Assembly (NCBI GenBank): GCA_036351155.1
Contig: JAZBOO010000163.1
Span: forward strand, 4,827-68,826
Direction: 5' to 3'
Length of the DNA: 64,000 bases
Source: Candidatus Krumholzibacteriia bacterium
GTDB lineage: Bacteria; Krumholzibacteriota; Krumholzibacteriia; LZORAL124-64-63
Part shown: positions 19,562 to 29,931 of the stretch, one piece after another
Layout: the number at the start of each line of letters is the position of its first letter
Position numbering within the stretch: the stretch's first letter is position 1
Translations under genes and position numbers: made by a program
The notes under the pieces: model-generated
The model's input: only the letters and a program-made list of their open reading frames with translations
Database searches by the model: none
What the model was told of the DNA's origin: nothing

Positions 19562-21682
19562 TTGATCCGGGCACCAAGGGCAACACACGTGGATTCTCTC
19601 CCACGGTTTTCAGAAACCGGGACGCTCCTCATTTTCGCCCTGCTGATTCTGGGCTGCACCATGCTTTTGCCAGGGGTTGCGGTGGCCGACGAGGAACTGG
19701 ACTATGGTCTGGAAACCCACCGCCTGGCCCGGATCCAGCTCACGGGAAACACCACCTTCTCGGACAATGATCTCAAAGGTGTCCTGCGCATCCAGGAACC
19801 CTCCTGGACCCGCCCCCTGAATACCCCGACCTACCGCCCTCACCTGGTGGACACCCAGGTCAACCTGATCAAGAACTACTACCGGAACCGGGGGTTCCAT
19901 CAGGTTCGGGCCGATCTCGATTCCATCACCACCCTGCCCGACAAGGGCGATGTTCTGCACATCTCCATCACCGAGGGAATGCGGACCATGATCCGCCGGG
20001 TCACTCTCTCGGACACCACCGCCGTGGGCGCAGCGGCCCTGCGCCAGGTCATGTACCTGAAAGAGGGCCGGCCGGCTCCCGCCGATCTCAACGGTTTCGG
20101 TGCCGACATCTACGCCATGCGGGATGTTCTGCGCAATGCCACCTTTCTGCAGGCGGTGGTGGTCCCTTCGATGTCCATCATCCCGAATGCCACCGCCACG
20201 GGTTTTTTGGCCGATGTGGACTACCGGATAGAGCCCGGTCCTTCCTTCTCGGTGGGGAAAATTGTGCTGCGGGGCAATGACAACACACAGGATAATCTCC
20301 TGACCCGGGAAATGGATATCGCGGCGGGTGATCCGCTGCGCTGGAGCAAGGTCGAGGATTCCCGGCGGCAGCTTCTGGTCACGTCCTTGTTCCGGGATGT
20401 GAGTATTTCTCCGGTGAGGGTGGATACCTTGCGTGGAGTGGCCGATCTCAGGGTCCAGGTGATCGAGCGCCGGCCCGCCTTCTACGAGGTGGGTGTGGGG
20501 GTCGGCAGCCTGGAGCGTATTCGTCTGCTGGCGGCCTGGGGTCACAACAATCTGTGGGGAACTGGTCGGCGGGTCCAGCTGCGCGCCCGGACCGCCTGGA
20601 ACCTGGAAGATGTGGTGGGCACTCCGTCCAGCTTCAACGAAGGGCAGATCAACTTCTGGGTCGATGCCGACTACGTGAACCCCCGCATCAGGGACAGCCG
20701 TTACAGTTTCGATCTGGGCATCTACCTGAAAAGAGAAACCCGCGGGGAGTCGGGACTTAATCTGGCCACCCATGGGTTCAACGTGGGGACCACCTGGAAG
20801 GCCAGCCGGCGGGTGACCAACAATGTCTACCTGGGCCTGAAGATCTCCGATCCCAGCGTGCATCCCTATGCGCCGGATGACCTGAAGGATCGATTCGCCC
20901 AGACCGGCGTGGCCCTGTCCCAGACCCGTTCCTGGAACTGGGGCATCTACATCGACCACCGGGACGACCTGTACCGACCCACCGGTGGGATGTACACCAC
21001 GGCCACGGCCAAGCTGGCCGGCGGTATCATGGGTGGGGACTTCAGCTTCTTCCGCTGGTCCGCCGCCTGGCACAACTATCACTCCATGCCTGTGGGGGGA
21101 GTGCTGGCCCTGAGGTTCATGGTGGGTGGTGCCCGTCCCTATGGCCGCTCCCTGGATCTGGGGGCCGACGGGGTGCCCTACGATGACCGTTTCTTTGCCG
21201 GGGGCGCCTCCACGGTGCGGGGTTATGGCCACAACAGCCTGGGCCCCCAGGTGCAGGATCAGGAAGAGCTGGACTTTCTGAACTATACCTCGGAAAACCT
21301 GTTGCCCGACAATCCCGCCCGCGGGGGCAACTACCTGATGCTGACCAATGTCGAGTACCGCTTTCCTTTGCCGTTGTTGAAACGCTGGAAACTGTCCAGC
21401 GTGATATTTTTCGAGGGAGGCAACGTCTGGGCCGAGGCGGGAGATATCCGCATGGAGGCCTTCCGGCTGACCTCCGATCCTGGCGATCCCCTGGATCCCG
21501 GCTCGACCAAGAGCTGGGACTACCGTTACAGTTATGGCACGGGTGTGCGTCTGGACACGCCCATCGGACCGGTGCGGGTCGATGTGGGTTTTCCCCTGAA
21601 GCGGGCGAACTACGTGTCGGCCGATCGCAACGTGACCGACCCGAAAACTGTCTGGCACTTTTCCCTGGGGTACCCGTTTTGA
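19562..21682 (+). CDS. bamA: Outer membrane protein assembly factor BamA (Omp85 family)
   Basis: Signal peptide, POTRA-like repeats, C-terminal barrel ending ...WHFSLGYPF. Conserved position after rseP. The stop TGA overlaps the tamB ATG. Confidence 0.85.
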   Translation: MIRAPRATHVDSLPRFSETGTLLIFALLILGCTMLLPGVAVADEELDYGLETHRLARIQLTGNTTFSDNDLKGVLRIQEPSWTRPLNTPTYRPHLVDTQVNLIKNYYRNRGFHQVRADLDSITTLPDKGDVLHISITEGMRTMIRRVTLSDTTAVGAAALRQVMYLKEGRPAPADLNGFGADIYAMRDVLRNATFLQAVVVPSMSIIPNATATGFLADVDYRIEPGPSFSVGKIVLRGNDNTQDNLLTREMDIAAGDPLRWSKVEDSRRQLLVTSLFRDVSISPVRVDTLRGVADLRVQVIERRPAFYEVGVGVGSLERIRLLAAWGHNNLWGTGRRVQLRARTAWNLEDVVGTPSSFNEGQINFWVDADYVNPRIRDSRYSFDLGIYLKRETRGESGLNLATHGFNVGTTWKASRRVTNNVYLGLKISDPSVHPYAPDDLKDRFAQTGVALSQTRSWNWGIYIDHRDDLYRPTGGMYTTATAKLAGGIMGGDFSFFRWSAAWHNYHSMPVGGVLALRFMVGGARPYGRSLDLGADGVPYDDRFFAGGASTVRGYGHNSLGPQVQDQEELDFLNYTSENLLPDNPARGGNYLMLTNVEYRFPLPLLKRWKLSSVIFFEGGNVWAEAGDIRMEAFRLTSDPGDPLDPGSTKSWDYRYSYGTGVRLDTPIGPVRVDVGFPLKRANYVSADRNVTDPKTVWHFSLGYPF

Positions 21683-24600
21683 TGCGCTGGGTCAAACCCG
21701 CCAAGTTGCCGGTGATCATCGCCTGGCTGATCATCCTCGGGGTGGTTGGCTGGTTGAGCATGAACCCCCGCTTCGTGGCTCCCTATGCCTCCCGACTGGT
21801 GGGACGCCACCTCCTGGGCATCGAAGAAGGGGGGCTGCAGGTACGGGATTTCCGGGTCCGGATTTTCGAGGGGATGGACCTGTATGGCGTGAGCCTGACC
21901 CTGCCCAGCGCCTCCGGAGGAATGACCCTGGCCTCGGCCGACACCGTGGAGGTGGATTTCCTGGGCCAGGATCTGCTGGCCTACGTGCCGCGCCTGCGGC
22001 GGGTGGTCATCAGCCGGCCCGAGATTTTTTCCCGGAGTGGGACGGATACTCTCGGGCAGTCTGATCCCGGGGCCCCCGAAGAGATGCGCGGTTTTCCCCG
22101 GATTCTGATCGAGCACCTTGAGATCCGGGAGGGATTCTTCGAGTTCTCCGGAACGGACGGCAAGGTGACCGAGGAAATTTCCCGACTGGACTGGAGCGGC
22201 TCGGTGCGGTCGGACGAGGAAGTGGCTCTGGAGCTGCATCGTTGCGCCATTCACTGGACATCACGCCAGAGCATTCTGGAGAATCTGCGTGGCCAGGTGG
22301 TGATCGACCGGGAACAGATCAAGGTGTCTCCGGTTTACGGCACCCTCAATGGCCACGATGCCCGGGTGACCGGGACGCGCCGCTGGTCGCAGGAACTGGA
22401 TATTGCCGTCCTGGGACAGGGTGTGAGCGTGGCGGAGATCGAAGATCTCATCGACATGACCATCGGGTTCAACGCCAGGGGCAACATTGCCGGTTCGTTT
22501 GTTGCCGCCAACGACACCCTGACCTATGCGGGGACTTTCACCGGTGAACTGGAAGGCTACCAGGTCGAACAGTTGACCGGCCAGGCGGTGGTGGGCTCGG
22601 AGGATGTCCTGCTGTCCGACCTGGCGGGGGTGATCAATGGGGCCTCCTTCACCGGTGGCGGACATTTCGATATCAGCCGACAGGACAGCGTGTCCTTCGT
22701 TCTGGAGGGCGAGGTGCAGGATGTGGATCTGGCCAAGGGGCTGATCCCCGAAGAGGACGATCTCCCGGTGACCGATGGTCGGGGTTATCTGCGCATCGAG
22801 CATACCGATCTGCCCCTCTGGACCCGGGTCACCGGCACCCTGCACGACGGGTTCATCGAGATCATCCCCTTCGACACCTGCCGGGTTGATGTGGTGGCCC
22901 TGGGCGACGAGGTTCATTTCAACCGGGTGGAACTGGACTACCGCCATCTCAACGCCGTGCTCGAAGGTGTTTCGGACTCCCGTCAGGTTTTCTCCGGGGA
23001 TCTGACGGCTCAATCCGCGGACGTGACCACCTTGCCCAGAGAATGGGGCTGGCCCGCGCTTTCGGGGCAGATGCGTGGCCAGGGCTCGCTCCACGGCCTG
23101 CTGGATGACCTGGATTTCACCGGCGTGGTGACCCTGGACAGCCTGGGCCTGGGGCCCGTGGCCGCCCGGACCAGCCGGGCCAATCTTCAAGTGAAGCGGG
23201 TGCTGGGTGATCCGCTGATCACCGCAGCGGTCCTGGGCCAGGGGCTGTCGCTGGGTGGGGTTCCCTTCGGCGATTTTCGCCTGGAAGGGTCAGCATCCTC
23301 TCAGATGGCGGTGATCGATACCTTCACGGCTGTGTATGGCGATACCAGCGTGGGTTTCGACCTCAGTGCCGTGTTCACCGACACCCTGCAGCTTTTTTCT
23401 CTCGACTCGTACAGCCATCTTCTCGAGGGCACGGCCTGGTCCATCAACGAACCGGTCGCTTTCAGCCTCCGGCCCGGGTTCTTCCATCTGCCGGCCCTGT
23501 TGCTGGAGTCGGAGCAGGGCGTGCTGGCCATGGAGGCCCTGTATCACGAAGGGCGTGAGGTCTCCGGTAGCCTGCTGCTCGAGGAGTTCGATCTGGGCCT
23601 GCTGGATCCCTTTCTGAGGAGCGATGAACCACTGACCGGCAAAATCACCGCCGATGTGCGGGTGTCGGGCCGTCCTGATGATCCGGTGGTCCAGCTTTCG
23701 GGACTGCTGACGGACAGCTCTTTCCGGCTGGCCCGGGTGGATTCGCTGCAGGTCGATGCCAGCTTCAATCAGGGCACCGTCTGGCTCAATCGGGTTGATC
23801 TGGCCAGTGAATTCGGGGGACTGGAAGTCGTGGGCACCGTGGCTCACCCGGGGGCGGGAGTGGAGGATTTCTGGCCCGATGCGGAACTCGATCTCGACCT
23901 GGTGGTGCACCAGGGCGACTGGGCTTTCCTGGAGCAGTTTGCCATTCCGGCTCTGGACCGTCTGGCGGGGACCTTTGATGGTCAGATCCAGGTGGCCGGG
24001 ACCACCAGCAGTCCGCTGATCGAGGGTCAGGTTTTCAGCGCGCCATTTCACGTCCACTGGTTGCATCTGGATCAGCTGACCGGAACCATCTGGGCCGACA
24101 GCGACGCCCTGGTCCTGGCCGATCTGAAGGGGAACAAGCATGATCTGGCCCTCACGGGTCGGCTGGAGATTCCCGTGGACCTGGATTTCCTGAGCGAGCC
24201 TGTTACCCCCCTGGATGAACCTTTCTACATGCAGCTGGAGATTCCCGCGAACAGCAACCTGGCCCCCCTGGCTCAGGCCACCAACGCCTTCGTTCAGACT
24301 TCGGGCCGTGGGTCGGCTCACGTGGTGGTCTCCGGCCCCCTGGTTCACCCGTATTATCAGGGAGAACTGCAGATCCGTGAGGCGGGTTTCGTGCTGCGGG
24401 ATCTCGAGGAGATCTACCGCGAGGCCAGCTGTGACGGAACGTTCCAGGGAGATGTCCTGGAGGTGAAGAACATCCGGGGACAGGAGGGTTTGCGGGGCAC
24501 CTTCGAGGGCGAAGGCCAGGTCGTGTTCAAGGGCCTGGAACTGGAAAGCTTCGACATCAAGCTGAACCTGGACCGTTTCCTGCTGGCCAGCATTCCTGAT

Positions 24601-25545
24601 CTGCGGGCGGTCGTGGCCAGTGATAATGCCCGCATGACCAGCGTTTTCGTGGGCCCCGACAGCCTGCTGGTGCCCAAGTTCACGGGAGATTTCGAAATCC
24701 TCAAGGGGCGGTACACGGGCAACTTCAAGGAGAAGGAAGGGGCCATCGATCCCATGGCCGCCACCGTGGCCCCCGACTGGCTGGGAGACCTTCAATTGCA
24801 CGGGGCACCGCGGTCGTCGCGCATCATCAACCGCGAAATGGAACTCTTTCTGGGGGGAGACCTGGATCTGGTCCGGGACGAAACCGGCATGTACCTGCGG
24901 GGAGCCATGGACGTCAATTCAGGTCGCCTGATCGTGTTCAACAACAGCTTCAAGGTGGTGCGCGGCCGGCTGGATCTGAGTCGCGAGGTGGGGTTCAATC
25001 CCATGATCGACCTGGATGCCACCACCAGCTACCGGCTCAAGAGTCAGGTGTCCAGCAACAGCATCATCGAGAACATCCAGGTGCACGTGGGCAACACCAT
25101 TCTGAGCCCGGAGATCACCTTCAGCAGCGACCGGGGCTACAGCCGGGAAGCCATCCAGCGTATGCTGCTGGGACTGGAGCCGTTTGCCACTCCCGAGGGA
25201 GATCGTGAGCGCCTGGCCAACACCTCCATCTCGGCGGGTTTCAACGTGATCGAGCGTGAAATCGCGCGGGAAATCCAGATCTTCGACACCTTCGAGATCG
25301 ACCAGATCCAGCGCCAGAGCGAGACCGGGGCAGAGCTGGATCCCCTGATCGGGGTGGGCAAGTTCATCGGCAACGACCTGTACCTGAAGTTTGCCCAGGG
25401 AATCCGGCAGGATGACCGGGATATCCTGGTGGAATACCAGATCAATAACCATCTTCTGTTGCAGTCCGAGGTGCGCCGCCGGATCGACGAAAACCAGGGC
25501 GGGGAAACCTACAACCTGGACCTCAAGTACCGCTTCGAATATTGA
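21682..25545 (+). CDS. tamB: Translocation and assembly module subunit TamB (DUF490)
   Basis: N-terminal signal-anchor MMRWVKPAKLPVIIAWLIILGVVGWLS, ~1287 aa beta-rich protein with a DUF490-like C-terminus (GKFIGNDLYLKFAQ...YQINNHLLLQSE). Confidence 0.85.
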   Translation: MRWVKPAKLPVIIAWLIILGVVGWLSMNPRFVAPYASRLVGRHLLGIEEGGLQVRDFRVRIFEGMDLYGVSLTLPSASGGMTLASADTVEVDFLGQDLLAYVPRLRRVVISRPEIFSRSGTDTLGQSDPGAPEEMRGFPRILIEHLEIREGFFEFSGTDGKVTEEISRLDWSGSVRSDEEVALELHRCAIHWTSRQSILENLRGQVVIDREQIKVSPVYGTLNGHDARVTGTRRWSQELDIAVLGQGVSVAEIEDLIDMTIGFNARGNIAGSFVAANDTLTYAGTFTGELEGYQVEQLTGQAVVGSEDVLLSDLAGVINGASFTGGGHFDISRQDSVSFVLEGEVQDVDLAKGLIPEEDDLPVTDGRGYLRIEHTDLPLWTRVTGTLHDGFIEIIPFDTCRVDVVALGDEVHFNRVELDYRHLNAVLEGVSDSRQVFSGDLTAQSADVTTLPREWGWPALSGQMRGQGSLHGLLDDLDFTGVVTLDSLGLGPVAARTSRANLQVKRVLGDPLITAAVLGQGLSLGGVPFGDFRLEGSASSQMAVIDTFTAVYGDTSVGFDLSAVFTDTLQLFSLDSYSHLLEGTAWSINEPVAFSLRPGFFHLPALLLESEQGVLAMEALYHEGREVSGSLLLEEFDLGLLDPFLRSDEPLTGKITADVRVSGRPDDPVVQLSGLLTDSSFRLARVDSLQVDASFNQGTVWLNRVDLASEFGGLEVVGTVAHPGAGVEDFWPDAELDLDLVVHQGDWAFLEQFAIPALDRLAGTFDGQIQVAGTTSSPLIEGQVFSAPFHVHWLHLDQLTGTIWADSDALVLADLKGNKHDLALTGRLEIPVDLDFLSEPVTPLDEPFYMQLEIPANSNLAPLAQATNAFVQTSGRGSAHVVVSGPLVHPYYQGELQIREAGFVLRDLEEIYREASCDGTFQGDVLEVKNIRGQEGLRGTFEGEGQVVFKGLELESFDIKLNLDRFLLASIPDLRAVVASDNARMTSVFVGPDSLLVPKFTGDFEILKGRYTGNFKEKEGAIDPMAATVAPDWLGDLQLHGAPRSSRIINREMELFLGGDLDLVRDETGMYLRGAMDVNSGRLIVFNNSFKVVRGRLDLSREVGFNPMIDLDATTSYRLKSQVSSNSIIENIQVHVGNTILSPEITFSSDRGYSREAIQRMLLGLEPFATPEGDRERLANTSISAGFNVIEREIAREIQIFDTFEIDQIQRQSETGAELDPLIGVGKFIGNDLYLKFAQGIRQDDRDILVEYQINNHLLLQSEVRRRIDENQGGETYNLDLKYRFEY

Positions 25546-25560
25546 CCTCAAGGAGACTTC

Positions 25561-27927
25561 GTGAAGGATATTCTCGCCGATCTGAATGCCGCCCAGCACG
25601 AGGCGGTGACCGCACCGGATGGACCCGTGCTGGTGGTGGCGGGGGCCGGCAGCGGCAAGACCCGCGTGCTGACCACCCGCGTGGCCTGGCTGCTGGGAGA
25701 GAAGGGTGTCAGGCCAGGAGAGATCCTGGCCTTCACCTTCACCAACCGCGCTGCCAAGGAAATGCGCGAGCGGGTGGCCGCCAGCGTGGGCGAGGACCAG
25801 GCACCCTTCTGGATTGGCACTTTTCACGCCACCGGATTGAAAATCCTGCGCACCGACGGGGAATCGGTCGGCGTCAAGCGCGGATTCTCCATCTTCGATA
25901 CCGATGACAGCAACAAGCTCCTGAAGCAGGCCATGGCCGATCTGAAGATCGACCCCAAGCAGTTCACGCCCCAGGGGACGCGGACTGTGATCAGCAAGTG
26001 GAAGAACGACGACATCGACCCGGGGAAAGCCAAAACACTGGCCAATTCGTTCGTGGAGGAAAAGTATGCCGCGCTGTTCGAAGCCTACGAGGCGGGGCTG
26101 AACCGGTGCAACGCCCTTGATTTTGATGACCTCATTCTGAAGACCGTGCACCTGCTGGAGCAGAACGAAGAGGTGCGGGCCAGGTACAGCCAGCGGTTTC
26201 GTCATGTCATGGTGGATGAGTTCCAGGACACCAACCCCCTGCAGATGGTCCTGGTCAAGCTGCTGACCAGCTGGCACGGCAACCTGTTCGTGGTGGGTGA
26301 TGACGACCAGAGCATTTACAGCTGGCGAGGGGCGCGCATCGAGAACATGCTGCAGTTTGATGAGTTCTTTCCCGGAGCCCGGACCTTCCGGCTGGAACAG
26401 AACTATCGCAGCACCGGGCACATCCTGGCGGCGGCCAACGAGGTGATTGCCCACAACAAGCGCCGCAAGGGCAAGAACCTGTGGACCAGCGGCGGCGACG
26501 GGGATCTGCTGACCGAGGAAGAGTTTCACGATGATCAGGATGAGGCCGCCCGCCTGGTGGACATCGTGCGCGCCGAGGTGTCCGGAGGGATGACGCGGGG
26601 GGACATCACCATCCTGTACCGCACCAACGCCCAGAGCCGGGTGCTGGAAGATGCGCTGCGCCGGGCCCATCTGCCCTACCAGATCGTGGGGAGCCTGCAC
26701 TTCTACGACCGCAAGGAAGTGCGCGACCTCATGGCCTACCTGAAGTTCGTGGCCAATCCGGCCGACCAGATCGCGGCTTTGCGGGTCATCAATGTGCCCA
26801 AGCGGAAGATCGGAAACACCACGGTGGAGCGCCTGCAACGCCTGGCGGCCCGTGAAGATCTGACCCTGGGCGAGACGGCGGCCTACGGCGGACTCATGGA
26901 GCAGGAAATTGCTCCGGCGGCCTGCAAGCGGGTCCGCGACTTCTTCAACCAGGCGGCTCGGTGGCGCATGAGAGCGGCCGAAGGTGAGCCCATCCACGAG
27001 CTGCTCATGTCCATCATCAAGGATATCGGGTTCGAAACGCATCTGCAGAACGACGATCCCGAGACCGCCGGCACCCGCAACGAAAACGTGGCTGAACTGA
27101 TCAACGCCGCCGGCAGTTTTCACGAGAGCAGCGGAGGCGGTTCGCTGGACCAGTTCCTCGAGCAGGTGGCGCTGGTCTCGGATCCTGACACCATCCAGGA
27201 TGACGAGGGAGTGGTGCGCCTGATGACCATCCACACCGCCAAGGGGCTGGAATTTCCCGTGGTGGTCATCACCGGCTGCGAGGACGACATCCTGCCGCAC
27301 ATCAACAGCCAGGACGAGGAACACACCCTGGAAGAAGAGCGCCGGTTGTTCTACGTGGCCTTGACCCGGGCGGAGAAGCGGGTGTACCTGCTGCATGCCG
27401 CGCGTCGTCGCCGGTTCGGCACCTGGCAGGACAGCTTGCCCTCGCGCTTCTTGCCGGAGGTGCCGGATGAGCGGATCACCCGCCGCCATCTGGACAAGCC
27501 GGAGCTCGGACACGTGGGGCAGTCGCTCTTCGGCGATTCCTGGGGAGCTGGGCGATCCGGATCAGCACGCGGCGGAGCGGGGAGGAAAACCACACCGCCG
27601 GCCAGGTCGACCTGGAGCCGTGAGTCCGGGACGGCGCGATCGACCGGGAGCCGGTCCAATTCCGCTGCTGTGCCCGTACGGCCCGACCAGTGGGGCAGCA
27701 GCAATCGGAAGCCCAAGGCGCCCGCTCCAGCGGCCGGCTGGGATGCCGAGGTGAATCAGGATGTGCCCTACTTCACCGGCCAGACGGTCAGTCACGGAAT
27801 CTTTGGAACCGGGGCCGTGGTCCGGGTGGAAGGAAGCGGCGACGACATGCTGGTGACCGTCGACTTTGACAGTTCCGGCCGCAAGCACATCAATCCGCGG
27901 TTTGCGCCGCTGGTGGTCATTGACTAG
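25561..27927 (+). CDS. uvrD: ATP-dependent DNA helicase UvrD/PcrA with C-terminal Tudor-like extension
   Basis: LNAAQHEAV, GAGSGKTRVLTTRVAWLL (Walker A), DEFQDTN, TIHTAKGLEFPVV. The C-terminal GTGAVVRVEGSGDDMLVTVDF matches the PcrA/UvrD C-terminal domain. Confidence 0.92.
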   Translation: MKDILADLNAAQHEAVTAPDGPVLVVAGAGSGKTRVLTTRVAWLLGEKGVRPGEILAFTFTNRAAKEMRERVAASVGEDQAPFWIGTFHATGLKILRTDGESVGVKRGFSIFDTDDSNKLLKQAMADLKIDPKQFTPQGTRTVISKWKNDDIDPGKAKTLANSFVEEKYAALFEAYEAGLNRCNALDFDDLILKTVHLLEQNEEVRARYSQRFRHVMVDEFQDTNPLQMVLVKLLTSWHGNLFVVGDDDQSIYSWRGARIENMLQFDEFFPGARTFRLEQNYRSTGHILAAANEVIAHNKRRKGKNLWTSGGDGDLLTEEEFHDDQDEAARLVDIVRAEVSGGMTRGDITILYRTNAQSRVLEDALRRAHLPYQIVGSLHFYDRKEVRDLMAYLKFVANPADQIAALRVINVPKRKIGNTTVERLQRLAAREDLTLGETAAYGGLMEQEIAPAACKRVRDFFNQAARWRMRAAEGEPIHELLMSIIKDIGFETHLQNDDPETAGTRNENVAELINAAGSFHESSGGGSLDQFLEQVALVSDPDTIQDDEGVVRLMTIHTAKGLEFPVVVITGCEDDILPHINSQDEEHTLEEERRLFYVALTRAEKRVYLLHAARRRRFGTWQDSLPSRFLPEVPDERITRRHLDKPELGHVGQSLFGDSWGAGRSGSARGGAGRKTTPPARSTWSRESGTARSTGSRSNSAAVPVRPDQWGSSNRKPKAPAPAAGWDAEVNQDVPYFTGQTVSHGIFGTGAVVRVEGSGDDMLVTVDFDSSGRKHINPRFAPLVVID

Positions 27928-29921
27928 CGAACAAGTGCCATTTTGCGGACGGTGCGATGTTTCCCTGAGCGGAACTCCATCCAGTAGATGCCGGCCGCCG
28001 GCCGGGGCGTGACCTGGGCAGGCTGCCAGGTCCAGCTCAGGGGGGTGGCCTCGGGATCCTCCTGCGGTCCCGTGCTCTGGATCGGCCCCAGGTCGAAGGC
28101 CGCCAGCTCATGGCCTCGCGCATCGAATAGCCTGGCCTTCAGCTGCCCAGCTTCGCGGGAGTAGATCCGGAAATCCGCGGCTTCCGCCACCGGATTGGGC
28201 CAGGGACCATGCGCCTGCAGGGGCGGCACCGGAGCGCGGCCCGCGGTCATGAACACCAGCGTGTCCGGATCCACCGTGATCTCCTGCACCCATTCTTCCA
28301 TTTCCCAGGTGAACGTCTGGTCACGCCGGCTCACCAGCACGGTTTCTTTCCGCAGGCCGGTGGTGGTGCGCAAAGCGACCGGCAACGCCACTTCAAACAG
28401 GGTGTCCTGATTCTGAACCACCCTCAGAGTGGCCTGGTTTTGCGAAATGCTGGTCCGGGTCCACAGCTGGGGCACCTCGCTTGTTTCCAGCCAGGGAGTG
28501 AAAAAACCATCGAGAGAGCGGCCGGCCTGATCTTCGGCCCGCGCGATGAAATCCCTCGTGCCCACATTGCTGTGGACCAGCGCCGGATCGGTCACGTAGG
28601 AGTACAGCAGAGCATCAAAGGCCTGGTCACCCAGCAACAGGCGCAGGGAATGCAGCAACCAGGCCCCCTTGTCATAGATCAGGATGTTGGGGAGGATGGG
28701 GTCCGGATCGCCCAGCAATCCCATTTCCTGGAACAGATCCGGATGTCCCTCGCGGCCAATCGAGGCCATGAATTTCCGGTAGGCCGCCGGACCCTGGGTT
28801 TGCTCCACCCAGAGGGCCTCGCTGTAGCGGGCAAACCCCTCGTTGAGCCAGATGTCCGACCATTGTGCCGGGGACAGACTGTTCCCGAACCAGTGATGGG
28901 CCAGCTCATGCACCACGAGCAGTTCGTGCTGCCGGTCACCGGTCAAGAACATCTGGCTGACGCTGGTGGCCGTGGCGTGCTCCATGGCGCCCACCCACTT
29001 GATCTCCACCTGAGCATATTTCTCCCCGGCAAAGGGATAGGGCCCGAAGCGGTCGGCCAGAAATTCCAGCATGGCGCAGGTGGGGGCAAAATCGATCTCG
29101 GCATGGGCCCGATCGCTGGGAAACACGTGGTATTCCAGCGGCACGTCTCCACACATCTCGGTCCAGGTGGAATAATTGCTGGCCGCCACGCTGACCAGGT
29201 AGGTGGGCAGAGGGTATTCTTCTCGCCAGGCGAAACGGCGCCACCCGGGGGCCGGATGGGTGACCTCCAGCAGGCGGCCGTTGGACACGGCACTCAATGT
29301 GTCGGGAACGGTCACGGCCAGGGAAACCAGAGCCTTGTCGGCGGGGTGATCCTTGCAGGGCCACCAGGCGTGGGCCGACCAGGGCTCGGAGATGTTGGCG
29401 ATGATGGGGACGTCGTCCGCAGGGTCGGTGGGCGTGCCGGCATTGTGCTGGCGGAATAGAAGGCCCACCTGAAGCTGCCCGTGGCGTGGCGGCCGGCCCT
29501 CCCAGAAGGTGGTCAGGGTGTCCGGGACTCCTGGTACCGGGGGAGTGGCCAGGTGCACCAGAATGGCATCACCTTCCCGGCTGAAGACCAGGTCCTGGTC
29601 ACCATCCCTGACCGCGGTGCAGGTCAACTCCTCCACCAGATCCAGCTGCACGGTGGTCAGCCCGGGAGCGGTGGGGGCCCAGCCCATGTCCACCTGGCCG
29701 CGGATGAAAAGGGAAGAGGGGTCCAGGTGAATATCCAGGTCGTAGCTGAGGACATCAAAGCCGCGCTCATCAGCCGGTGGTGGGGGATAGTCTCCAACCA
29801 GAAGCGACCCAGATGGCGGTGTATGCACCGGAGAGGGAAGGGGGGCGGCGGCTCCTGTGAAACCGACCAGCAGCAGACAGGTGGTCACAGCAAGTCCGGG
29901 GCCGCGTACTGCCCACCTCAC
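27924..29921 (-). CDS. Secreted M1-family aminopeptidase with T9SS-type C-terminal sorting domain
   Basis: GTG start at 29921 gives signal peptide RWAVRGPGLAVTTCLLLVGFTGAAA. VVHELAHHWFGN...WLNEGFARY (HExxH...E). The last ~80 aa (PWPNPVAEAADFRIY...AAGIYWMEFRSGKHRTVRKMALVR) match the Por/T9SS C-terminal domain pattern. Confidence 0.85.
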   Translation of the reverse strand: MRWAVRGPGLAVTTCLLLVGFTGAAAPLPSPVHTPPSGSLLVGDYPPPPADERGFDVLSYDLDIHLDPSSLFIRGQVDMGWAPTAPGLTTVQLDLVEELTCTAVRDGDQDLVFSREGDAILVHLATPPVPGVPDTLTTFWEGRPPRHGQLQVGLLFRQHNAGTPTDPADDVPIIANISEPWSAHAWWPCKDHPADKALVSLAVTVPDTLSAVSNGRLLEVTHPAPGWRRFAWREEYPLPTYLVSVAASNYSTWTEMCGDVPLEYHVFPSDRAHAEIDFAPTCAMLEFLADRFGPYPFAGEKYAQVEIKWVGAMEHATATSVSQMFLTGDRQHELLVVHELAHHWFGNSLSPAQWSDIWLNEGFARYSEALWVEQTQGPAAYRKFMASIGREGHPDLFQEMGLLGDPDPILPNILIYDKGAWLLHSLRLLLGDQAFDALLYSYVTDPALVHSNVGTRDFIARAEDQAGRSLDGFFTPWLETSEVPQLWTRTSISQNQATLRVVQNQDTLFEVALPVALRTTTGLRKETVLVSRRDQTFTWEMEEWVQEITVDPDTLVFMTAGRAPVPPLQAHGPWPNPVAEAADFRIYSREAGQLKARLFDARGHELAAFDLGPIQSTGPQEDPEATPLSWTWQPAQVTPRPAAGIYWMEFRSGKHRTVRKMALVR

Positions 29922-29931
29922 GATGACCGGA

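Noticed and set aside
19562-21682. Whether this Omp85 gene is TamA rather than BamA, given its coupling to tamB
   Set aside because: Its position immediately after rseP in the conserved dxr-rseP-bamA block and its length (~700 aa, consistent with more than 3 POTRA domains) favour BamA. Direct BamA-TamB pairing is known in lineages lacking TamA. Kept as bamA with moderate confidence.
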